Part shown: positions 19,905 to 32,300 of the stretch, piece by piece
How the letters are laid out: each line of letters opens with the position of its first letter
Position numbering within the stretch: position 1 is the first letter of the stretch
Assembly: GCA_964564635.1 (NCBI GenBank)
Contig: CAZMAR010000002.1
Location: 144,284 to 208,283, forward strand
DNA: 64,000 bases
Direction of reading: 5' to 3'
Source of the DNA: an uncultured Ignavibacteriaceae bacterium
Lineage (GTDB): Bacteria > Bacteroidota > Ignavibacteria > Tepidaquicellales > Tepidaquicellaceae
Made by a program: the position numbers and the translations under genes
The notes under the pieces: model-generated
Database searches by the model: none
Told to the model about the DNA's origin: nothing
What the model saw: only the letters and a program-made list of their open reading frames with translations

Positions 19905-20024
19905 ACAAATGTCCCTTTTAATTGTTTCTAAATTTTTAAAGAATTTTAATATAATTTTAAACAGATTATTAACTATTTTAACTTTATGTAAAATTCTTTA
20001 TGTTTTATTTCCTAAATGATAAGG

Positions 20025-20045
20025 AATTGTAAATAAATTGTAAAT
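20025..20045. promoter_or_regulatory. Tandem 10-bp direct repeat with 11-bp periodicity upstream of the porin-pstS pair
   Basis: aattgtaaat (20025-20034), a, aattgtaaat (20036-20045), about 120-140 bp upstream of the porin start. The function is inferred only. Confidence 0.2.
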
Positions 20046-20168
20046 TTTTTTAATAATTTAAATCAAACTTAAAAAAAACAAATATATACTTTTTAATAAA
20101 TCATTAAATCAAATGAAAACTTAATACATTGAATATAGTTGATAATTATTTATATTTATAATTAATTT

Positions 20169-21542
20169 ATGAAGAATATTGTAGCAATTGTAGGTAGGCC
20201 TAATGTTGGGAAATCCACTTTATTTAATAGAATTATAGGGAAGAGAATAGCAATTGTTCATCACAGAAGTGGTGTAACCCGAGATAGAAATTATGCAGAA
20301 GTAAATTGGCAGGGTAAAAGATTTTTATTAATTGACACCGGGGGATTTGTTCCTGAATCAGACAACCTTTTTGATAAACATATTCAGAATCAAATAAAAC
20401 AAGCAATAGATGAAGCAGATATATTTTTATTTATTGTAGATGGTAAAACAGGACTACATCCAATTGATTCAGAAATCGCAAATTTATTAAGAAAAAAAGC
20501 AAAAGAAAAAGAAGTAATTCTCGTGGTGAATAAAATTGACTCGCTGTCAAGAGAGTTGAATGTAACAGAGTTTTACAAACTTGGCTTTGAAAAACCGCAC
20601 ATAGTCTCCAGTTTAAATGGAAGAAATGTAGCAGAATTAATTGATTATTTTACTCGTGATATTCCTCAATATAACGAAGATATTAGAAATAGAGATAATC
20701 GTCCGAAATTTGCAATAATAGGTAAACCCAATACCGGAAAATCATCTTTACTCAATGCTATCTTAAAAGAAGAAAGAAATATTGTAACGGATATTCCAGG
20801 TACTACACGAGATTCAATTGATTCTATTTTAAAATATTATGGCAAAGAAATTGTTTTAATAGACACTGCAGGTATTGTAAAAAAAAGTAAATTACCTAAA
20901 ACAGATTCTCTCGATTTTTACTCAATAGTAAGAACTTATAGAGCTATAGAAAGATGTGATATTGCACTTCTTGTAATTGATGCAAGTCAGCTGTTTAAAG
21001 CGCTTGAAAAATTTCCAAAGATAGAATTTTCAAATTTAAAACTTGATAAACAAGATATTGGTATAATAAATGATGTTGTTTCCTTAGGAAAAGGGTTACT
21101 TATAATAATAAATAAGTGGGACTTAATAGAAAAAGACTCTCAAACCGCACTTATAGTAGAGAAGAAAATAAAATCACATTTACAAAGTTTTGGATTTTTA
21201 AAAATAATTTTTATTTCCGCTTTAACTAAAAAAAGAATACATAAAGTACTCGAAGAAGCTGTTGAAATATATAACGAATATAAAAAGTCTATTAAAACAA
21301 GTTTATTAAATCAAAAAATCTTAACTGAAATTAAAAACAATCCACCCCCTTCTGTAAAAGGGCGAGATATAAAAATAAATTATATTACTCAAACGGGAAC
21401 CGCACCTCCATCCTTTGTTTTCTTTTCAAATGAGCCTAAATTGATAATGGAAAACTATAAAAGATTTTTGGAAAAGAAAATTAGAGAAAATTTTGGATTT
21501 GGAGGAGTTCCATTTAAAATGATATTTAAAAAGAAAAATTAA
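20169..21542 (+). CDS. der: Ribosome-associated GTPase Der (EngA)
   Basis: Two tandem GTPase domains (GRPNVGKSTLFN/DTGG/NKID and GKPNTGKSSLLN/DTAG/NKWD) plus a KH-like C-terminus. Confidence 0.95.
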   Translation: MKNIVAIVGRPNVGKSTLFNRIIGKRIAIVHHRSGVTRDRNYAEVNWQGKRFLLIDTGGFVPESDNLFDKHIQNQIKQAIDEADIFLFIVDGKTGLHPIDSEIANLLRKKAKEKEVILVVNKIDSLSRELNVTEFYKLGFEKPHIVSSLNGRNVAELIDYFTRDIPQYNEDIRNRDNRPKFAIIGKPNTGKSSLLNAILKEERNIVTDIPGTTRDSIDSILKYYGKEIVLIDTAGIVKKSKLPKTDSLDFYSIVRTYRAIERCDIALLVIDASQLFKALEKFPKIEFSNLKLDKQDIGIINDVVSLGKGLLIIINKWDLIEKDSQTALIVEKKIKSHLQSFGFLKIIFISALTKKRIHKVLEEAVEIYNEYKKSIKTSLLNQKILTEIKNNPPPSVKGRDIKINYITQTGTAPPSFVFFSNEPKLIMENYKRFLEKKIRENFGFGGVPFKMIFKKKN

Positions 21543-21545
21543 AAA

Positions 21546-23075
21546 ATGATTTCAGAAGTTTTTACAGCAGCAACTTTTGGGGTAGAAGCTTATATAGTGA
21601 GAGTAGAAACTCATCTTGAAGCAGGCTTGCATAATTTTTTTATGGTTGGTTTGCCGGACAGTAGCGTGAAGGAATCAAGAAATAGAGTTTCAGCAGCTAT
21701 GAAAAACTCGGGCTTCTTCTTTCCTGTTACTAAAAAAATTACTATAAATCTTGCCCCTGCAGATATTAAGAAAGAAGGTTCTGGTTATGACCTGCCAATT
21801 GCTTTGGGCATTTTATTAGGAACAGGTCAGGTAAAACCGGATTTAATGAAAGATATTTTATTTATAGGTGAATTATCATTGGATGGAAAGTTAAGAGCTG
21901 TACCAGGTATTCTACCTATAGCAATAGAAGCAAGGAACAGAAATTTTAAAGGTATCTTAGTTCCTAAAGAAAATGCTAACGAAGCAGCAGTAGTTGATAA
22001 TTTAGAGGTGTATCCTTTTGAAGATTTAAAAAGTATTGTTGATTTTCTTAATGGTACTTTATTAGTTGAACCATATAAGATAAACTTAGAAGAACTTTTT
22101 AATAAACATAAGCATTATGAATTAGACTTCGCCGATGTTAAAGGACAGGCAGAAGTAAAAAGAGCAATGGAGGTTGCCGCAGCGGGAGGGCATAATATTT
22201 TGATGATAGGATTGCCCGGCTCAGGAAAAACTATGTTAGCAAAGAGACTACCTTCAATTTTACCCCCGCTTACTTTGAAAGAAGCATTAGAAACCACTAA
22301 AATACATTCAATTGCCGGATTAATTAATAAAGATACTCCGATTATTTTTACAAGACCCTTTGCTGCACCTCATCACACAGCAAGTGATATTGCAATTGTG
22401 GGCGGAGGCACTAATGCAAAACCAGGAGAAATATCTTTTGCTCATAATGGAGTTTTATTTCTTGACGAGCTGACAGAATTCAAAAAGAATGTTCTGGAAG
22501 TTTTACGACAGCCTCTTGAAGATAAAGTAATTACGATATCAAGAGCAAAAATGACAATTCAATACCCATGCAATTTTATGCTTGTAGCAGCGATGAATCC
22601 AACCCCTGCTGCAACTACAAAGGAAGTGGAAATGTATTCAGATTATGAAATACAAAAAAATCTTTCCAAAATTTCTGGTCCGATTCTTGATAGAATTGAT
22701 ATACATATAATTGTAAATCCTGTTAAATATTCTGATTTATCAACAAAACAGGAAGGAGAAAAATCTGAGACGATAAGACAGAGAGTAACAAAAGCGCGTG
22801 ATATTCAATTAAAGCGGTTTGCAAATTATGAAGGTATTTACTGCAATGCAAATATGAATACGAAATTAATTAAAGAATTTTGTAAAATAGACTCCGATGG
22901 TGAAAATTTATTGAAAACGGCAATGACAAAACTTGGGTTATCTGCCCGAGCATATGATAAAATATTAAAAGTCAGCCGTACTATTGCGGATCTCGAATCA
23001 GCGGAAAAAATATCAACTGCTCATATAAGCGAAGCCATTCAGTACAGGAGTTTAGATCGTTCTGATTGGTATTAA
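21546..23075 (+). CDS. comM: YifB/ComM-family Mg-chelatase-like AAA+ ATPase
   Basis: N-terminal Lon-protease-like domain, Walker A GLPGSGKTM, Walker B GVLFLDEL and a C-terminal ChlI-like region (LSARAYDKILKVSRTIADL). Confidence 0.9.
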   Translation: MISEVFTAATFGVEAYIVRVETHLEAGLHNFFMVGLPDSSVKESRNRVSAAMKNSGFFFPVTKKITINLAPADIKKEGSGYDLPIALGILLGTGQVKPDLMKDILFIGELSLDGKLRAVPGILPIAIEARNRNFKGILVPKENANEAAVVDNLEVYPFEDLKSIVDFLNGTLLVEPYKINLEELFNKHKHYELDFADVKGQAEVKRAMEVAAAGGHNILMIGLPGSGKTMLAKRLPSILPPLTLKEALETTKIHSIAGLINKDTPIIFTRPFAAPHHTASDIAIVGGGTNAKPGEISFAHNGVLFLDELTEFKKNVLEVLRQPLEDKVITISRAKMTIQYPCNFMLVAAMNPTPAATTKEVEMYSDYEIQKNLSKISGPILDRIDIHIIVNPVKYSDLSTKQEGEKSETIRQRVTKARDIQLKRFANYEGIYCNANMNTKLIKEFCKIDSDGENLLKTAMTKLGLSARAYDKILKVSRTIADLESAEKISTAHISEAIQYRSLDRSDWY

Positions 23076-23271
23076 AGAATTTTTAAAAATTACCTGTAAA
23101 GAAATTACTCAAAACTTTAGTTATCCCTCAAAAGCATCTCAATAACTTTCAGTTTTCTAACTATTTAATAAATCATAAAAACAGGAAAATTTTGAAAATA
23201 TAACTTAATTGTATATTCTTTTTATTTTCTTTATTTTGTTAAAAAATTTTTAAAATCATATTAATAAAAAT

Positions 23272-24723
23272 ATGAAATTCAATATTACCGTTGAAAATTT
23301 TGTTAACTATTTAACAAAATTAAGTTATGTAATTCCAACACGTTCAGCTCTTCCGATTTTAGAAAATGTTTTGTTTGAATTAAAAGGAAATGAGCTAAGT
23401 CTTCAAGCAACTGACTTAGAAAATTTTATACGAGTGAGAGTAAATGTTGAAGGGCAGGAAGATGGTGAATGCGCTATTCCTGCTAAAAAGCTACTTGACT
23501 TGCTAAGGCTGTTAGCAGCAAAATACGATAGTATTACTGTTGAAACGGAGTTTAGCTCTGAAGATTATGATTTATTAAATAAGGAAACTAATTTAGAGGA
23601 GATATTCAAAGGGAAAATTTCATACTCCCCCAAAAATAAGACTTTAGTTTTTAGAGGTGCTTTTGATAATGAACTTAAATTATCGATAATAGAAAAATTG
23701 GGAAATAATCAACAAGCATTTATAAATGAAGGAAGACAGGAACTTGTGAATTCAAATGAAAGATTGAAAAACGCAATTGAAAAATTATATGAAAAAAATG
23801 AGAGCGCCTTAAGTAAAATGATGGCAAAGAAAAAAATTAAATTCGAAACAGATGAGAAAAACAAAATTACTATAACTTCTTCAAACGGTAAATATTCATT
23901 TTTTGGCCATCCATCAGAAGACTTTCCAAGTATAGAAGAAAAAAATCAATTAGAAGAGATTAAAATAAAAGATTCGATATTGAGAAGAATAATTTCAAAA
24001 GTTAGACATGCTGTTAGTCAGGAAGAAACTAAAAGAAATATGACAGGTATATTATTTGATATCAGGAAAGATGAAATTAGATTTGTATCCACAGATGGTT
24101 TTAGGCTTTGCAAACTTACTTTGAAAGAATATGAAGCCACGGATATTAAAGAAAGTAAAATAATTGTTGCTTTGAAATCAGCTGATATAATAACAAAGTT
24201 AATAGGGCAGGAAGAAAGTGCAATAGCATATGATGATACTCTAATAAAATTAAGTACAAATACAACGGAGTTTTATTCAAAGCTTATTGATGATACTTTT
24301 CCCAACTATGAAACCGTAATTCCCAAAAATAACGATAAGAAACTTAGAGTATCACGATTTGAATTTCTAAATTCACTCAAAAGAGCGTCGATTTTTGTTG
24401 ATCCATCAACGAAGCGGGTAAAATTAGAAATAAAGAATTCAACTATAAATATCAACGCTGACAACCCTGAAATAGGCGCGGATGTGGAGGAAATTATAGA
24501 TTGCAATTTTATAAGTTTAGAAGATAGCGAGGTAGATTTTGATAAGAATCCATTCATCATATCCTTCAATGTAGCATATTTGATAGATTGTTTAACTGCA
24601 TTGGAGAGCCCAGAAATTCTTATGACATTCAGCAGCCCTTCAAAAGCCAGCGTAATAACACCGTCAACTTCGGATAATAATGAAGATTATATAGAATTAG
24701 TTATGCCCGTTAGGGTGGGGTAA
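23272..24723 (+). CDS. dnaN: DNA polymerase III beta sliding clamp, with a ~100-aa insertion in domain I
   Basis: Colinear with canonical DnaN (LPILENVLFEL, LQATDLE, ATDGFRL, DDTFPNYETVIP, FNVAYLIDCL, VMPVRV). It is 483 aa versus about 366-380 aa, and the extra segment is roughly residues 94-190. Confidence 0.9.
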   Translation: MKFNITVENFVNYLTKLSYVIPTRSALPILENVLFELKGNELSLQATDLENFIRVRVNVEGQEDGECAIPAKKLLDLLRLLAAKYDSITVETEFSSEDYDLLNKETNLEEIFKGKISYSPKNKTLVFRGAFDNELKLSIIEKLGNNQQAFINEGRQELVNSNERLKNAIEKLYEKNESALSKMMAKKKIKFETDEKNKITITSSNGKYSFFGHPSEDFPSIEEKNQLEEIKIKDSILRRIISKVRHAVSQEETKRNMTGILFDIRKDEIRFVSTDGFRLCKLTLKEYEATDIKESKIIVALKSADIITKLIGQEESAIAYDDTLIKLSTNTTEFYSKLIDDTFPNYETVIPKNNDKKLRVSRFEFLNSLKRASIFVDPSTKRVKLEIKNSTININADNPEIGADVEEIIDCNFISLEDSEVDFDKNPFIISFNVAYLIDCLTALESPEILMTFSSPSKASVITPSTSDNNEDYIELVMPVRVG

Positions 24724-24824
24724 TATTTATAATGTTGCATTTTTATTGTATAAGAATGGGATTATATAATAAAAAAGTTAATTTTTTATTCTGTCTCCTT
24801 TTTAATAACTAGTTACAGGAAGAA

Positions 24825-26054
24825 ATGATAATAAAAAGTTTGAAAATGAATAATTTTAGAAATTATGAAAATATAAAAATTTTTTTCAGCCACAATTTTA
24901 ACTATATATTTGGAAAAAACGGAGCAGGAAAAACAAATATACTTGAAGCAATGTCTTTTCTCTCTTTTGGGAAAAGTTTTTTAAATTCAAAAGAAAATGA
25001 TTGTATTCTTTTCGGGAAAGATAATTTTTCATTGGAAGGACATTATGAAAATGAGTTGGATAATCAATATACACTTTCAATAAATTATTCAACAGGGAAA
25101 AAAATTTTTGCTTTAAATAAAGAACGAGTGAATAGTTTTTCTGCTAATATATTTGGAAAGTTTCCACTTGTATATCTAACCCCCCAAAGTTTAAGTATTA
25201 CTTATGGAAATCCAGCAGAGCGAAGAAAATTTTTTGATATAATATTTTCGCAAATAAGTCCAGTTTACCTTGATTACTTGAAGGAATTGAATAGAGTGCT
25301 AAAATTAAAAAATACACTTTTAAAAGAATTATACATTAAAACTTCTCAATCTGAGTTTAATAAACTTATAGATAGTTATAATGAATTAATATCTGATATC
25401 TCTGCAGAAATAGTTTATAGGCGATATTATTTTCTTACAGAGTTTAAAAATTACCTTAAAAAAAATTACCAACCACTGACCACCGAAAAAGAGAGCCCTG
25501 AAATAACTTACTTTTCCACTGTTAGTGGAGATTATGAGATTAATGATTCCTCTATTATCAATAAAGATAATTTGAAGAATATTTTTAGAGAAAAATTTAA
25601 TCAAATAAAAAAGGAAGAAATTGCAAGAAAAATTACACTAATAGGACCACATAGAGATGATTATATTTTTCTTATAAGAAGGTTCTGTTTGCAAAGGGAA
25701 CGAGATTCGGAAACTACTTTCACTGAGGAACCTCAAAACTCGGAGCAATTATTGGAAATAAAGAGTTTTGCTTCACAAGGCGAACATAAAACATATTTAA
25801 TTGCTTTAAAACTTGCTGAATATAATTTTATTAAAGATAAAGTGGGTACAAATCCAATTTTATTACTTGATGATATAATGTCAGAATTGGACTCCTTTAG
25901 AGTGAATAAGATAATAAATCATATTCCTAATTTTAGTCAGGTTTTTGTAACAGCAACGGAACCAGATTATTTTGATAGTTTGAAAAATTATTTTTCAAAA
26001 ACATCTATTAAAATAATGAAAGTTGAAAATAATAATATAACTTCAACCAATTGA
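24825..26054 (+). CDS. recF: DNA replication/repair protein RecF
   Basis: NFRNYE, Walker A GKNGAGKTNILEA, GPHRDD, signature SQGEHK and Walker B LLLDDIMSELD. Confidence 0.9.
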   Translation: MIIKSLKMNNFRNYENIKIFFSHNFNYIFGKNGAGKTNILEAMSFLSFGKSFLNSKENDCILFGKDNFSLEGHYENELDNQYTLSINYSTGKKIFALNKERVNSFSANIFGKFPLVYLTPQSLSITYGNPAERRKFFDIIFSQISPVYLDYLKELNRVLKLKNTLLKELYIKTSQSEFNKLIDSYNELISDISAEIVYRRYYFLTEFKNYLKKNYQPLTTEKESPEITYFSTVSGDYEINDSSIINKDNLKNIFREKFNQIKKEEIARKITLIGPHRDDYIFLIRRFCLQRERDSETTFTEEPQNSEQLLEIKSFASQGEHKTYLIALKLAEYNFIKDKVGTNPILLLDDIMSELDSFRVNKIINHIPNFSQVFVTATEPDYFDSLKNYFSKTSIKIMKVENNNITSTN

Positions 26055-26057
26055 AAA

Positions 26058-26429
26058 TTGAAATCTTCTGAATTTAAAAAACGAGCGAATAAAACTGTTT
26101 TACTTAAAGATGAAATAGAATTATTTTTGAATGAGCTTGGACTCGATACAGAATTATATAGTATTAAACTTAATGCTATCTGGAAAGAAGCAGTTGGAGA
26201 GTCGATATCAAAATTTTCAAAACCAGTGGTAATAAAAAGAGGCAAGTTATATGTTAGTGTAGAAAATTCTGTGTGGAGATATGAATTATCAATGAAAAAA
26301 CAGGAGATAGTAAAAGTATTTAATGAAAATATTGAGAAGCTTACAAATGAAAGTTTAAAAAATCCGAATAAAAAAAATTATTTAAACAGAAAATATTTTA
26401 AACCAATAAGAGAAATAGTATTTATATAA
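26058..26429 (+). CDS. DUF721 (DciA-like) protein
   Basis: Small basic protein in the conserved recF-DUF721-gyrB position. WKEAVGE...KLYVSVENSVWRYEL resembles the DUF721 core. TTG start. Confidence 0.65.
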   Translation: MKSSEFKKRANKTVLLKDEIELFLNELGLDTELYSIKLNAIWKEAVGESISKFSKPVVIKRGKLYVSVENSVWRYELSMKKQEIVKVFNENIEKLTNESLKNPNKKNYLNRKYFKPIREIVFI

Positions 26430-26453
26430 TTGGTAAATTTAAAGGAAAGTTAA

Positions 26454-28433
<1,980 letters not shown>

Positions 28434-28506
28434 TTAATTAAAATAAAAGCTAAGAAATTTTTCAAAATTTTTATCTTTGTATTTATGAAGTTTTAATCAT
28501 TAAGCA

Positions 28507-29334
28507 TTGGAACAAATAATTCAAGCAATAGTTTTTGGGCTAATTCAGGGTTTAACAGAATTTATTCCAATTAGTAGCACAGCACATTTAAGAGTTTTTC
28601 CCGCTTTACTGGGATGGGGAGATAAAGGAGCTGCTTTTACAGCAGTAATTCAGATGGGAACCCTTATTGCAACATTTGTGTATTTTAAATCCGATATAGT
28701 AGAGATAACAAGAGGTTTTTTTTCATCTTTAAAAAGTAGAAAAGACTTTTTTAAAAATCCGTATTCAAGAATTTTCATTCTTATTATTATAGGTACTATA
28801 CCAATTTCCCTTGCAGGTTTAATATTTAAAGGGTTTATTGAAAATGAAGCAAGAGGATTATACATTATTAGTGGCTCTCTTATTTTACTTGCAATAATTC
28901 TTTTTATTGCGGAAAAAACCTGTATGCATAAAAAAAATTTCTCAGAAATTACAATTAAAGATGGGTTAATAATTGGATTAGCACAGGTATTATCTTTAAT
29001 ACCGGGTAGTTCGCGAAGTGGGGTAACTATTACAGCAGGATTGTTTTGTGGATTAAAAAGAGATGTTGCTGCAAGATTTTCTTTTCTTTTAAGTATTCCT
29101 GCAATTACTTTAAGCGGTTTATATGAACTCTATTCAGAAAGAAATACTTTGTTGAATGAAAATCTTCTAAGTTTAATAATTGCTACTGCAGTCTCTGGAA
29201 TCATTGGTTATTTATCAATTGCTTTTTTAATTAATTACTTGAAAAAGAAAAGTAATTTACTGTTTATTGTATACAGAATTCTGCTTGGTATTTTAATTCT
29301 TTCTTTACTTTTTTTAGGTAAATTAACAAATTAA
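28507..29334 (+). CDS. uppP: Undecaprenyl-diphosphate phosphatase
   Basis: GLTEFIPISSTAHL and PGSSRSG motifs in a polytopic membrane protein of 275 aa. TTG start. Confidence 0.92.
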   Translation: MEQIIQAIVFGLIQGLTEFIPISSTAHLRVFPALLGWGDKGAAFTAVIQMGTLIATFVYFKSDIVEITRGFFSSLKSRKDFFKNPYSRIFILIIIGTIPISLAGLIFKGFIENEARGLYIISGSLILLAIILFIAEKTCMHKKNFSEITIKDGLIIGLAQVLSLIPGSSRSGVTITAGLFCGLKRDVAARFSFLLSIPAITLSGLYELYSERNTLLNENLLSLIIATAVSGIIGYLSIAFLINYLKKKSNLLFIVYRILLGILILSLLFLGKLTN

Positions 29335-29336
29335 AA

Positions 29337-32300
29337 ATGAAACTTATCAGCAGTGATTTTGCAGACTTATGCTATAATGAAATTATAGTAACCTCAAAAG
29401 AAGAAATATCTCCTGAATTAAAAGTGCCAAAATACCGGCGACTTTTTGAATCCTTATTTAAAGAACTTGTAAAAGATGACCCACAATCTTTTGATGGCAA
29501 ATATAGTTTATATGGAATAATGGTTTATATAATAGAAAAATATAATTTACCCAATGAAATTTCTGAAAAAGTTCATAATTTTAGAAAATTTGCTAATATA
29601 GTAATTCATAATAGTAATTTTAATAAACTAATACCAATAAGTCCTGATGATATAGAAAAGTTTTGTATTAAATCTTTATGCGAAACAATATTGTTTTTTT
29701 CTGAGATTTCTGTTCCCGATGAATTACTTAACTTATACAGAGATTTAAAGGAAGTTCCTAATTTATTTAGTCAGAAAAAACAGGATAGAGAGTTAAAATC
29801 TACCATAGTTACTTTTTTAAGCTGCAGCGAAAGAAAGATAAACATTAAAGGAGATATTTATTATACTTTAACCTGTGAGGCGGAAGATGATGGAACTCAA
29901 TTTTTATTAAATGTTTTTCCTCCTTTTGAATACATTGGGGATAAATTTAAAAAATATACAAAAGCATATCTACATAATGTTTTGAAATCCCCTAACTATG
30001 ACAATCTATATAATACAGCTGAAAACAGTTTGATAGTTATAGAGCCAGATTATTTGATAGAAGCAAGAAATCTTTCAGAATGTTTCCATAGAGTAGGAGA
30101 TAGTCATTATTTCTATTTTATTAATAAATTTATTAATGATAGACCTTCAAAGGAAGTAATCAGCGGTACAATTGTTAATAATTTATTAGATAAATATATT
30201 TTGAATGGTGAGGTTAATTTCGAAAATTCTTTCAATAGTTCGATAGATATTTTGCAGGTTATTCAATTGAGTGATGACGATATAATAAAAATAAAAGAAG
30301 AAATAATTAAAAATCATCTAAATAATATAAAAACATTTTCTACCTATTGTAGAAATAATAATCCAATAATTGAGCCAACTTTTATTTCTCCAGAGTATGG
30401 ACTTTATGGAAGATTGGATATAATGTTAGAAGGCGGAAAAAATCAAAAAGATGTAATAGAATTAAAATCAGGTTCGGTTCCTAATAATGGTCCCTGGATT
30501 AATCACGAAATGCAGGTGACGGCATATAATATGTTGTTAGATTCAACTTTTACTGATAGGATAGGCACAAGTTCTGTTTTTTATTCTAAAGCAACTTTTG
30601 AATTCTTAAAAAATGTAGTAAAAGATTTCTTATTATACAGAAATTTAATTAATATAAGAAATAAAATTGTCCTAACTGAGCTTAGTATATGTGATAGAGA
30701 TTTTTCTCTCTTTGATGAGTTATGTAATTTTGATTGTTCCAGATATCCGCAATTTATACAAACACGATTTAATAATTTCAAAAAGATATATAAAAGCCTC
30801 TCAGAACTTGAGTTAGAGTACTTTCATAATTTTATTTATTTCATATTCAAAGAATTGAAAGCTGCAAAAATAGGAACAGATAAAATCTATGAAGGAACAA
30901 ACAACGGCTTCGCATCGCTCTGGTTGGATACTTTAGAGGAAAAAAAGGATAATTCTACAATTCTCTATAACCTGAGATTTAGGAAATATGATACAGAAAA
31001 GGGGACATACATTTTTGATATAGATAGAAACAATCCTTTAACTAATTTTCGTGAAGGTGATATTTGCATAATTTATTCTCAAGATAATAAAAAGCCATAT
31101 AAAGATTCTCAAATTTATAAAGGTACAATTATATCGCTTGATAAGAATGTTGTGGAGATCAAACTCAGGAATACTCAATTATCAAAAAATATTTTTACCC
31201 CAAATAATTTATGGGCTATCGAGCATGATTTAATGGAGATAAATTTTCAGAATCAGATAGAATCATTAATTTTATTTTTAGATTCCAATTCAGAGAAAAA
31301 GGACAAAATATTATGTAAAAGAAAACCTGAATTTGAAGCTCACGATTATCAGAATAATAATTATAACGAAAATATCTGTTTAATAGTATCAAAGTTTAAA
31401 TCAGCCAAGGATTACTTTCTTTTACAAGGACCACCAGGGACCGGAAAAACTTCCCTTGCTTTGAGGGTAATGATAGAAGAAACTTTTAATGATAATCCTA
31501 AGGCGAAAGTTGCGGTAATTGCTTATACAAACCGCGCGGTAGATGAAATTAGTAAAAGTCTTTCTACATCAAATAATATAAATATAAAAAACTATGTAAG
31601 GATTGGTAGCGACTATTTAGAGGATGAGAGATTATTACAAAAATTAGTTTGCGGGAAATCAATTGATGAAATGAGAACACTCCTTAAAAATTGTAATGTT
31701 TTTGTTTCCACTATTTCATCATTTCAAAAAAGATTCCTTGACCTTTTACAACCAGGAGAAAAATTTGATGTAATTTTTATTGATGAAGCTTCTCAAATTG
31801 TTGAGACTCAGATAATAGGATTATTAATGTATTGCAAAAAATTTGTTCTGATTGGAGACCACTGCCAACTTCCTGCTGTAATTCTTCAAGAAGAGAAAGA
31901 GTATAAATTGCAGAGCGATATTTTAAAAAAAATTGGATTGGAATATCTTTCTTTATCTCTATTTGAAAGACTTTTTATAAAATGTCAGAGAGAAGGTTGG
32001 GATTATGCTATTGATACTCTAAAAGTACATTTTCGTATGCATAATGATATAGTAAAATTAATAAAAAGTAATTATTCAATAGAACTAAGTCATAATGATC
32101 CGAGACAAGTAGAAGAGCAAAAACTATTTAATTCTAAAGCAACTGATCCTATAGAAAGGCTTTTATCCCGTTCACGGACTATATTTATACCTACAAAAAT
32201 TAACAAATTGGAGAGCAAATATAGTACTGAAGAAGCAAAAAAAATAAAAGCAATTTTAGAAACATTATTAAGAATATATAATAATAATTTGGAAACTAAT

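Noticed and set aside
23076-23271. Possible oriC in the AT-rich spacer upstream of dnaN, given the dnaN-recF-gyrB cluster
   Set aside because: dnaA is absent from the window. I found only one weak DnaA-box-like string (ttatccctc, ~23121), and another isolated 8/9 match (agtggataa, 1890-1898) lies far away. There is no cluster of boxes, so the sequence does not support an origin call. A genome-wide GC-skew and DnaA-box scan would be needed.
23551-23841. The DnaN insertion as an intein
   Set aside because: About 100 aa is smaller than known mini-inteins. There is no Cys/Ser/Thr at the N-terminal junction followed by block A, and no terminal His-Asn plus Cys/Ser/Thr at the C-terminal junction.
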